DNA from: an uncultured Roseivirgaceae bacterium
GTDB taxonomy: Bacteria > Bacteroidota > Bacteroidia > Cytophagales > Cyclobacteriaceae
Length of the DNA stretch: 64,000 nt
Assembly: GCA_964459925.1 (NCBI GenBank)
Contig: CAYWOQ010000003.1
Location: forward strand, 14,304 to 78,303
Direction: 5' to 3'
The notes under the pieces are model-generated. The model was not told where the DNA came from. It did not search any database and was given only the letters and a program-made list of their open reading frames with translations. Positions 56,711 through 64,000 of the stretch are shown here, in pieces (position 1 is the stretch's first letter; every line of letters starts with the position of its first letter). The translations under genes and the position numbers were made by a program.

Positions 56711-57502
56711 TTAGAGGAGTTTAGCTCGTTCCCAATATTCATCCATCTCCTCCAGAGTCATCTCACCCATTTCTTTCCCATCTTTCTTTGACTCAGACTC
56801 CAGATAATTAAAGCGCTTGATAAATTTTTTGTTGGTTCGCTCAAGAGCCTCTTCAGGGTTGATGTCTACAAACCGAGCAAAATTTATCAGCGAAAACAAT
56901 AGGTCTCCAAATTCACCGGCCTGTTTTTCCTTATCCGTCTCGCTTTGAAACTCGTTGATCTCCTCCTGTACCTTATTCCAAACCTGATCTTGATTATCCC
57001 AGTCAAAGCCCACCCCTCTTGCCTTTTCTTGGATACGCATTGCTTTTACCAATGCTGGCAATGATTTTGGAACACCGCCTAAGACCGATTGATGGCCTTT
57101 TTCTTTAAGCTTGATTTTTTCCCAATTGGCTTTCACTGCCTCTTCATCCTCAGCATTTACATCTCCATAAATGTGTGGATGTCTTCTGATCAATTTAGCA
57201 CAAACCTGATTTAGCACATCTGCTACATCAAATGCATTCTTCTCACTTCCTATTCTTGCATAAAAAACCATATGCAGCATCAGATCACCAAGCTCTTTCT
57301 TGACCTCTTCTAGATCTTCTTCGATTATAGCATCTGAAAGCTCATAGGTTTCCTCGATGGTAAGGTGTCGTAGACTTTCCATCGTCTGTTTTTTATCCCA
57401 TGGACAGTTTTCCCTCAGTTCATCCATAATGGTCAGCAAACGATCAAAAGCTTCAATTTTTGCTTCACGATTGGTATCTGGTTTTGCTAGTGGTTTATTC
57501 AT
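56711..57502 (-). CDS. mazG: Nucleoside triphosphate pyrophosphohydrolase MazG
   Basis: CPWDKKQT, EETYEL, ELGDL, RRHPHIYG, second EFGDLLF domain; ATG at 57502 preferred over 57523. Confidence 0.93.
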   Translation of the reverse strand: MNKPLAKPDTNREAKIEAFDRLLTIMDELRENCPWDKKQTMESLRHLTIEETYELSDAIIEEDLEEVKKELGDLMLHMVFYARIGSEKNAFDVADVLNQVCAKLIRRHPHIYGDVNAEDEEAVKANWEKIKLKEKGHQSVLGGVPKSLPALVKAMRIQEKARGVGFDWDNQDQVWNKVQEEINEFQSETDKEKQAGEFGDLLFSLINFARFVDINPEEALERTNKKFIKRFNYLESESKKDGKEMGEMTLEEMDEYWERAKLL

Positions 57503-57623
57503 AAGTGTAATGATAGCATTCACTATTCCGGGTTCAAAGCTTCCAGAACAACAGAAATAAATTATTTAATGAAAATGAATCATAAGAGTCCTCCAAGCGT
57601 TAACTCAATACTTGTTTATTAGC

Positions 57624-57631
57624 TAATTTTG
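57624..57631 (+). promoter_or_regulatory. Bacteroidota -7 element TAATTTTG
   Basis: Exact match 17 nt before the ATG at 57649. Confidence 0.5.
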
Positions 57632-57648
57632 AAGTTAAAAATATCGAG

Positions 57649-57876
57649 ATGCAGGTAGTTTTATTAGGAATCGGAATTTTTGCCTTGTTTTTTGTTGGAC
57701 TTTCTGTTCGAATTCTTTTAAAGAAGAATGGTGAATTCAAGGGCACATGTGCATCTCAAAACCCTTACCTAAACAAAGAAGGTGCATCTTGCGGGTTTTG
57801 TGGAAAAACAGTAAAACCAGGAGAAAACTGCGCGAACCCAGAATCAGAAGTAAATAAAGTATTAGCTAAGTACTAA
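57649..57876 (+). CDS. Small membrane-anchored 4-Cys protein (conserved Bacteroidota 'membrane or secreted protein')
   Basis: N-terminal TM helix then GEFKGTCASQNPYLN..GASCGFCG...NC. Confidence 0.75.
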   Translation: MQVVLLGIGIFALFFVGLSVRILLKKNGEFKGTCASQNPYLNKEGASCGFCGKTVKPGENCANPESEVNKVLAKY

Positions 57877-57905
57877 AAAAGCATTTTTTGCCTCGCATCG
57901 ATACG

Positions 57906-57913
57906 TATCTTTG
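57906..57913 (+). promoter_or_regulatory. Bacteroidota -7 element TATCTTTG for glmM operon
   Basis: Exact match; TTTG (-33-like) at 57887-57890. Confidence 0.55.
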
Positions 57914-57935
57914 CAATCATTAAATCCTAATCGCC

Positions 57936-59315
57936 TTGACACTTATTAAATCAATTTCAGGTCTCCGCGGAACCATCGGCGGAAAGTCCGGAGAAAATTT
58001 ATCTCCCATAGATGTAGTTAAGTTCGCTGCTGGTTATGGCACCTGGATTCTAGAGGAGCATGAAGCTGCAACTGTAGTGATCGGAAGAGATGCCCGACCT
58101 TCAGGCCAGTCATTCTCCCAGCTGGTAGGGAACACGCTTATAAACCTAGGCATCAATGTTATTGACCTGGGTCTAAGTACAACTCCAACAGTTGAAATGG
58201 CAGTTATCGCAGAAAATGCACAAGGAGGAATTATCCTGACTGCCAGTCACAATCCTGCAGGATGGAATGCGCTGAAATTGCTGAACGACAAAGGAGAGTT
58301 CATATCTTCTTCCAATGGTAAAAGAGTATTGGAATTGTCAGAAATATCGGTATCGTTTGCTCCGAATAGTAAGTTTGGTACCTATAAACAGGATGACACC
58401 TATATTCAATATCACATCGATCAAATTCTAACGCATGAATTGGTGGATAAAAAAGCCATCAAAGAGGCTAAACTCAGTGTAGTTGTTGATGCTGTAAATA
58501 GCACGGGTGGAATCTCCATTGTTCCTTTGTTGAAACAATTAGGCGTGGAGGTGAAAGAGCTTTACTGTGAGCCGAGCGGAAATTTTCCTCACAATCCAGA
58601 GCCACTGCCTGAAAACCTGCAACAAATTAGCACAGAGATGAAAAATGGTCAATATCATCTGGGGATTGTTGTTGACCCTGATGTAGATCGCCTGGCTTTG
58701 ATCACTGAAGATGGTGAAATGTTTGGTGAAGAATATACGCTAGTTGCAGTGGCAGATTATGTATTACAACATAAGAAAGGAAATACGGTTTCTAATCTTT
58801 CTTCCAGTAGAGCCCTAAGAGACATCACAGAAAAACATGGCTGTGAATACAATAGTTCTGCGGTAGGTGAGGTGCACGTGGTTGCAAAAATGAAAGAAAC
58901 CAGTGCTGTCATTGGTGGTGAAGGAAATGGGGGTGTAATTGTTCCTGAGCTTCACTATGGAAGAGATGCTTTAGCAGGAGTAGCATTGTTTCTAACTCAT
59001 CTGGTCAAGTTTGGCAAAAGTGCCTCAGTGCTTCGGGCAAAGTATCCCAATTACTATATTTCAAAAAATAAAATTGAGCTTACTCCGGATATCGATGTTG
59101 ATAGCGTCTTGGATGCCATCAAAGAAAAATATAAGACCAATCCCATCAACACACTCGACGGTGTTAAGATTGAATTTGATAAGGAATGGGTACAGCTGAG
59201 AAAGTCTAATACAGAACCAATAATTCGTATCTTTGCTGAATCAGAAAGTCAGAATACTGCCGAACATTTGGCGAAAAAGCTGATATCTGATATCAAAGAA
59301 GTAATCTCAGGTTAA
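57936..59315 (+). CDS. glmM: Phosphoglucosamine mutase (alpha-D-phosphohexomutase)
   Basis: SISGLRG, GRDAR, TASHNP phosphoserine, DPDVDR metal loop, GGEGNGG, LRKSNTEP. Confidence 0.88.
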   Translation: MTLIKSISGLRGTIGGKSGENLSPIDVVKFAAGYGTWILEEHEAATVVIGRDARPSGQSFSQLVGNTLINLGINVIDLGLSTTPTVEMAVIAENAQGGIILTASHNPAGWNALKLLNDKGEFISSSNGKRVLELSEISVSFAPNSKFGTYKQDDTYIQYHIDQILTHELVDKKAIKEAKLSVVVDAVNSTGGISIVPLLKQLGVEVKELYCEPSGNFPHNPEPLPENLQQISTEMKNGQYHLGIVVDPDVDRLALITEDGEMFGEEYTLVAVADYVLQHKKGNTVSNLSSSRALRDITEKHGCEYNSSAVGEVHVVAKMKETSAVIGGEGNGGVIVPELHYGRDALAGVALFLTHLVKFGKSASVLRAKYPNYYISKNKIELTPDIDVDSVLDAIKEKYKTNPINTLDGVKIEFDKEWVQLRKSNTEPIIRIFAESESQNTAEHLAKKLISDIKEVISG

Positions 59316-59324
59316 CCCAAAGCC

Positions 59325-60464
59325 ATGAATGTTTATTTTGACAATGCCGCTACTACCCCATTGGATGAGGAAGTGTTTGAGGCGATGAGGCCTTACATGA
59401 CCGAGCATTTTGGTAATCCCTCCTCCATCCACTCACACGGAAGGCAAGTAAGAACAGCCATTGAAAGATCCAGAAAAAAGGTAGCGGAACTATTAAATGT
59501 CTCTCCGGCAGAAATTTTCTTTACCTCCGGAGGCACAGAGGCAGATAACACCGCTATTCGATGCACCATCAGCGAAAAAGAAATTAAGCACATCATTACG
59601 ACCAAGATCGAGCATCATGCGGTGCTTCATACGGTAGAATCACTTGAAAAGCGAGGAATAAAAATTACCTATTTAACGCTAAGCGACGATGGGCAAGTCG
59701 ACTACAGCCATTTAGAGGAAACACTCAAAGCAAATCCTAACTCGCTTGTAACTTTAATGCATGGTAATAATGAAATTGGAAACCTACTTGACCTTGAAAA
59801 AGTAGGTGCCTTGTGTGAGGAGTATGGAGGGGTGTTTCACTCTGATACGGTGCAAACCATGGCTCATTATGCACATGATTTGGAAAGCCTTAATCTTGAT
59901 TTTGCGGTAGGTTCTGCACATAAATTCCACGGACCAAAAGGTATCGGCTTCTTATATATCAACCACAAAAACAAAATCCATCCATTCATTCATGGGGGAG
60001 CACAAGAGCGAAATATGAGAGGGGGCACAGAAAATGTATATGGAATCGTAGGGCTGGCAAAAGCCATGGAGATTGCTTACCTAGGCATGGAAAATCATCG
60101 AAAACACATTGAAAGCCTGAAGTGCCGCATGATCAATAAACTGCAAGAAAATATTGAAGGAATTGCCTTTAATGGGGTATCTGATCAACTGGATCAAAGC
60201 CTTTATACCGTACTAAATGCCTGTATCCCTGCCGCAGACGATAATGATATGCTCCTTTTCAATTTAGACATTGAGGGAATTTCTGTTTCGGGTGGTAGCG
60301 CTTGTTCCAGTGGTTCAAGTATTGGTTCACATGTCTTGGCGGAGCTAAAAAGGGATCAAAACCGAGGTGCTATTCGTTTTTCTTTTAGTAAAAACAATAC
60401 CTTAGAGGAAATTGATTATGCCGTTGAAAAACTAGCTAGTTTACTTCACCCTCAAACTGCTTAA
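59325..60464 (+). CDS. Group I cysteine desulfurase (IscS/NifS family)
   Basis: YFDNAATTP, FGNPSS, SAHKFHGPKG (PLP Lys), SGGSACSSGS catalytic Cys. Confidence 0.93.
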   Translation: MNVYFDNAATTPLDEEVFEAMRPYMTEHFGNPSSIHSHGRQVRTAIERSRKKVAELLNVSPAEIFFTSGGTEADNTAIRCTISEKEIKHIITTKIEHHAVLHTVESLEKRGIKITYLTLSDDGQVDYSHLEETLKANPNSLVTLMHGNNEIGNLLDLEKVGALCEEYGGVFHSDTVQTMAHYAHDLESLNLDFAVGSAHKFHGPKGIGFLYINHKNKIHPFIHGGAQERNMRGGTENVYGIVGLAKAMEIAYLGMENHRKHIESLKCRMINKLQENIEGIAFNGVSDQLDQSLYTVLNACIPAADDNDMLLFNLDIEGISVSGGSACSSGSSIGSHVLAELKRDQNRGAIRFSFSKNNTLEEIDYAVEKLASLLHPQTA

Positions 60465-60465
60465 C

Positions 60466-60897
60466 ATGAAAATTTTAGGTCAAACCATTCGGGTTAAAGA
60501 TCTTACACACATCATCCCAAGATTAATTATTGTTTTTATTATCGCTCAGACACTCCCATTCAAATTTTCTGGTCATCAGGACAGTGTCTGGATTTTTACT
60601 CAAATGGGTTGGGAGCCCTGGGGTAGATACATGATAGCAACCATTGAAACACTAGCGATTATACTACTGCTCAGTCCAAGATATATTTTAGGTGCTATCA
60701 TTACTCTTAGTCTCATTAGTGGTGCCAACTTTATGCACTTTACCCGATTAGGTTTTGATGTAAATGGAGACGGTGGATATCTATTCACCATGAGCATTGT
60801 TGTCATACTTAGCTCCCTTGCTGTGGTTATTCAGTGGAACAGTGCGAGGAGTCAAACGGGAACTGCCAAATTCGATTTTGAGGTAAAACTCGAATAA
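60466..60897 (+). CDS. DoxX-family membrane protein
   Basis: QTLPFKFSG, GWEPWGRY, HFTRLG...DGGYLF; 4 TM helices. Confidence 0.8.
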   Translation: MKILGQTIRVKDLTHIIPRLIIVFIIAQTLPFKFSGHQDSVWIFTQMGWEPWGRYMIATIETLAIILLLSPRYILGAIITLSLISGANFMHFTRLGFDVNGDGGYLFTMSIVVILSSLAVVIQWNSARSQTGTAKFDFEVKLE

Positions 60898-60966
60898 GAG
60901 GAAGAAGCCTAATTCCTTCATTTTCACAACCTTATTTCGTTTTCTACGTCCGATAGGTAAGATCAG

Positions 60967-61380
60967 GTGACAAAAATGAGTAATCAAAACCTAACGTGTA
61001 TTGCTATTGATGATGATCCTCTGTTTCTTCTTGAGATAGAACATTTCATCAAACAAATAGGTTGGCTAAAACTTCTAGCATCAGTTGCTAGTCCTGTAAA
61101 AGCTACGACTGAAATCGTCGTTCAAAAACCGGATATCGTTTTCCTGGATATAGAAATGCCTTACATAGATGGTTATGAATTGATTGATTGGATTGAACCG
61201 TGCTTGAATGAAATTGAGCCCAGACCGAAAGTTTTCATTGTTACAGCTAACAAGCAACTAATTAAGGAAAACGATGGAAAATCGATCCATAAAAAAATAT
61301 TCAAATCAGATTTAAAGAGTTCCAATGATCTGGAACTTGCGGTATTAGATGGTCTTGAAATGGATTACAGGTATTCTTAA
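60967..61380 (+). CDS. Single-domain response regulator (LytR-type receiver, no output domain)
   Basis: IAIDDD, VFLDIEMP phospho-acceptor, VTA; ends at 137 aa. Confidence 0.85.
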   Translation: MTKMSNQNLTCIAIDDDPLFLLEIEHFIKQIGWLKLLASVASPVKATTEIVVQKPDIVFLDIEMPYIDGYELIDWIEPCLNEIEPRPKVFIVTANKQLIKENDGKSIHKKIFKSDLKSSNDLELAVLDGLEMDYRYS

Positions 61381-63278
61381 GCAACTGGTTGCAAACGCTT
61401 TTCCGGATTTGTTTTTCGTATTTTGACCGTGGGAAGACTAACCGTAAATTGAGTGCCTACCCCCTCTTCACTCTCCACAAAAACGCTTCCATTGTTTAGC
61501 GCAACAAACTCCTGAACAAGTTGAAGACCCAATCCAAGTCCTTTTTCCCCTTTCGTGCCATACGTAGATTTTTTTGCGTGGAGTTCAAATAGGTTATTTA
61601 CCATTTCTTTGGTCATACCAACACCTGTGTCTTTAACTGTGATTTGAACTACATCATCAACTTGTTTGGAAGAAATCGTAATAGTACCCCCGCTTTCTGT
61701 ATACTTAAACGCATTGCCAACCAGGTTGCGAAATATTGTAAGCACAGTGTTTTTATCGCCTCTGCAATACACCTCATCTACAACGTCGTTAATAATTGTT
61801 ACCTCTTTGGCGATGGCAATAGAGTCAAAAACTTCTATCGTCGTATCAATAACCTCAGACATATGAAGCGGTTCAGGGTTATATGGAACTTGCCCTTGCT
61901 GCTGTACTGACCAGTTTAGCAAATTGTCGAGTAGAGCTGAAAGTGAGTGAGCAGATTTGTCAATTAAATCAGTCATTTCTTCCAGTTCATCATATGCTTT
62001 CTTCTTCAAGTATCCTTTGATGATGCTACTTATCCCGTTAAATGCATTGATAGGTCCTCGTAAATCATGAGAAATAATGGAGAAGAATTTATCCTTTGTG
62101 GCATCAAGCTCTTGAAGTTTCTTGTATAGTCGCTTTCTTCTTTGACTTCCTATATAAACATACACAAAGAAAACAGTGGAAAGAAAAAGAATAGCTCCTA
62201 AAGCAATCGCTAAGTTCTGTCGATTGCTTTTTTGTTGATTAGCAAGATCTAATTCCACTTGTTTTTGACCCACTTCATACTCCGTTCTTAAGTCTGCCAA
62301 TTGTTTAGTGGTTTCGCTATCCTGTATACTGTCTTTGTATGCTAAGTACTGTGTTTGATATTCCAGTGCTTTCTTGTATTGCTCCTGTTTTGCAAATAAT
62401 TGGCTTAAAAGAAGAGAGGCATCTTTGATTTGTTCTTTCAAGTCCTCGGACATGGCAATATCAAGCGCATTGAACGAATAATTAATAGCCTCTTCAATGT
62501 CTCCCTCATCACTAAAAACATTTCCTAGTTGAATGTAAAAATCAGATAATCCAAAAAGGTCACCATATGGCTGCAGCATTTCGATCGCTTGAAAAAGATC
62601 TTTCTTAGCTTCCGATAGCAGACCTTTCTTCCTCAAAATCAATGCTCGGTTACCAATCGTGTAAGCAGTGCCTAAGTCAAATCCAAGCTCTTCAAAAATA
62701 GGTTCAGCTTCATCATAATACATGAGTGCTGTATCCATTTCATTGATGGTATAGTACTCATACCCTACGTTCATCAACGTGATCGCTAACCTCTCCTTCT
62801 TACCATTTTCTCTGAAAATAGCAATGGCCTTATTACTATACCTATGTGAATTGTTAAAATCATTATTGGACGAATAATTCGTAGAAATTTCGCTGTATGC
62901 ACTACCCAGTAAATCCAAATACCCTTTTGTTTCAGCAATTTTTGCACTTGCTATCAGGTTTTCTAAGGATCTCTGAAGCTCACCTCGAAATCTGTAGCTT
63001 ACTCCCAAATGGAGATAAGCGAAGCTTTCATAATAGGATGAATTGAGTTTCTTTGACAGAACGAGCAATTCATTGCTGTATTTATACACAGAATCCTGAT
63101 CAGGCAAGTTGGTTGCCAATCCATTCAAGAGCTTTAACCTTGTTGTATCCTCTTTTTTATGATTTTTATACAAAACATAAATGCTATCTGCCATCTCCTG
63201 ATTCTGAGAAAACATCATGGCGGATACGAACAGGAATACAGTAAACTGAAAGAATCTTATTTTATCACCCACCTCCAT
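61377..63278 (-). CDS. TPR-sensor histidine kinase
   Basis: Signal peptide, periplasmic TPRs, one TM helix, SIISHDLRGP H-box, NLVGNAFKY, DTGVG, GLGL, GTQF. Confidence 0.93.
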   Translation of the reverse strand: MEVGDKIRFFQFTVFLFVSAMMFSQNQEMADSIYVLYKNHKKEDTTRLKLLNGLATNLPDQDSVYKYSNELLVLSKKLNSSYYESFAYLHLGVSYRFRGELQRSLENLIASAKIAETKGYLDLLGSAYSEISTNYSSNNDFNNSHRYSNKAIAIFRENGKKERLAITLMNVGYEYYTINEMDTALMYYDEAEPIFEELGFDLGTAYTIGNRALILRKKGLLSEAKKDLFQAIEMLQPYGDLFGLSDFYIQLGNVFSDEGDIEEAINYSFNALDIAMSEDLKEQIKDASLLLSQLFAKQEQYKKALEYQTQYLAYKDSIQDSETTKQLADLRTEYEVGQKQVELDLANQQKSNRQNLAIALGAILFLSTVFFVYVYIGSQRRKRLYKKLQELDATKDKFFSIISHDLRGPINAFNGISSIIKGYLKKKAYDELEEMTDLIDKSAHSLSALLDNLLNWSVQQQGQVPYNPEPLHMSEVIDTTIEVFDSIAIAKEVTIINDVVDEVYCRGDKNTVLTIFRNLVGNAFKYTESGGTITISSKQVDDVVQITVKDTGVGMTKEMVNNLFELHAKKSTYGTKGEKGLGLGLQLVQEFVALNNGSVFVESEEGVGTQFTVSLPTVKIRKTNPEKRLQPVA

Positions 63279-63627
63279 GAACTACCTTAAGCCTGGGATC
63301 AACTGGAGCTACAGGATCTCCATTTGATTCAAAACTGATGGTGTACTTAGGTTCGTCATCGATCACGGCATCTGGTTTAATTCTCCCAAACCAAAGTCTT
63401 CCACCAAATTTGGATGTAGGGATTTTATCAAAGTCAGAAGTATCTTCAAAATCTATTGCAGTAATCTTATCAATTCCTGGTCCTGCAAACCAGATCACCA
63501 TTTCATTTGGTTTAGGATAACCTGTTATCGTTTCTTCATGTATTTCGTTCCATGTTTCATCATCATCAGAATAGTATAGTTTTCCATTCCGGTATGCAAG
63601 GATATTTACGACTGAATATTGCGCCAT
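63265..63627 (-). CDS. Hypothetical 120-aa beta-sandwich protein (DP-EP/PixA-like C-terminus)
   Basis: No signal peptide; ends KYTISF...VDPRLKVVHGGG; 14-nt overlap with the kinase start. Confidence 0.6.
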   Translation of the reverse strand: MAQYSVVNILAYRNGKLYYSDDDETWNEIHEETITGYPKPNEMVIWFAGPGIDKITAIDFEDTSDFDKIPTSKFGGRLWFGRIKPDAVIDDEPKYTISFESNGDPVAPVDPRLKVVHGGG

Positions 63628-63831
63628 AACATTTATATTGGTTAGTGATAGATGGGTTTATACCCTAAGATAACTTATTAAATCAATTTGAAATGGCATT
63701 TTTCTTCTTCTATCCTTAGAATTGAAATTCTGTGATGACCTTGACCATCTTATTTAGATTATTATTTTCATTTTATTCCGTACGGTTGTCATGAGTATTT
63801 ATTTAAATTGGTGCTGTTGATTAGTTAAGCC

Positions 63832-64000
63832 ATGATATTCTATACCATTTATACAAGCACACCAACAGGAGAAGTAACCAAAGAAGTTGTTGATCAAATC
63901 ACAGATGAGTCCATCAAGTGGAACAGTGTACATGGTATCACAGGTATGCTTTTATGCTTGGAAAACAAGTATTTTCAATTTTTAGAAGGAGCTGAGGAAG
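63832..64000 (+). CDS. BLUF (blue-light FAD sensor) domain protein, partial
   Basis: Hand translation MIFYTIYTSTPTGEVTKEVVDQITDESIKWNSVHGITGMLLCLENKYFQFLEGAEE; conserved Y-x-S, N, GITGML, Q-x-LEG. Confidence 0.88.
   Translation, partial: MIFYTIYTSTPTGEVTKEVVDQITDESIKWNSVHGITGMLLCLENKYFQFLEGAEE

Noticed and set aside
63265-63279. C-terminal GGG as a ubiquitin/ThiS-like conjugation tail
   Set aside because: Sequence does not look beta-grasp and no E1/ThiF, E2 or JAB genes are in the window.
647-63520. Many 60-140 aa ORFs from the track nested in or antisense to long genes
   Set aside because: Shadow ORFs of well-supported CDSs with no independent motifs.

Overview
A 64-kb, AT-rich chromosomal window from a Bacteroidota genome, most likely a marine Cytophagales. 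That assignment is inferred from T9SS C-terminal domains, TAnnTTTG-type promoters, DUF5723/DUF6503-like families and a type II glutamine synthetase. About 50 CDSs are present. I found no rRNA, tRNA, CRISPR array, IS element or prophage. The left third is an accessory surface/protease region: an M43 metalloprotease, a signal-peptide-bearing TPR-CHAT (caspase-like) protease, a divergent 3700-aa mosaic T9SS surface protein and a double aspartyl-protease-PDZ protein. The middle is mostly housekeeping (Snf2 helicase, lolC/E-like, rbfA, rpiB, tatC, glyA, radA, rluD, lptB, recJ, hemH) with an uncharacterised DUF5723 barrel plus lipoprotein pair. The right part holds amt-glnII, a PpiD homologue lacking its parvulin domain, mazG, glmM, a cysteine desulfurase, and a small protein/TPR-kinase/receiver/BLUF signalling cluster. 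Family calls come from recognised motifs, not database searches. Four ORFs missing from the supplied track were translated by hand: 1-180, 424-588, 46076-46174 and 63832-64000.
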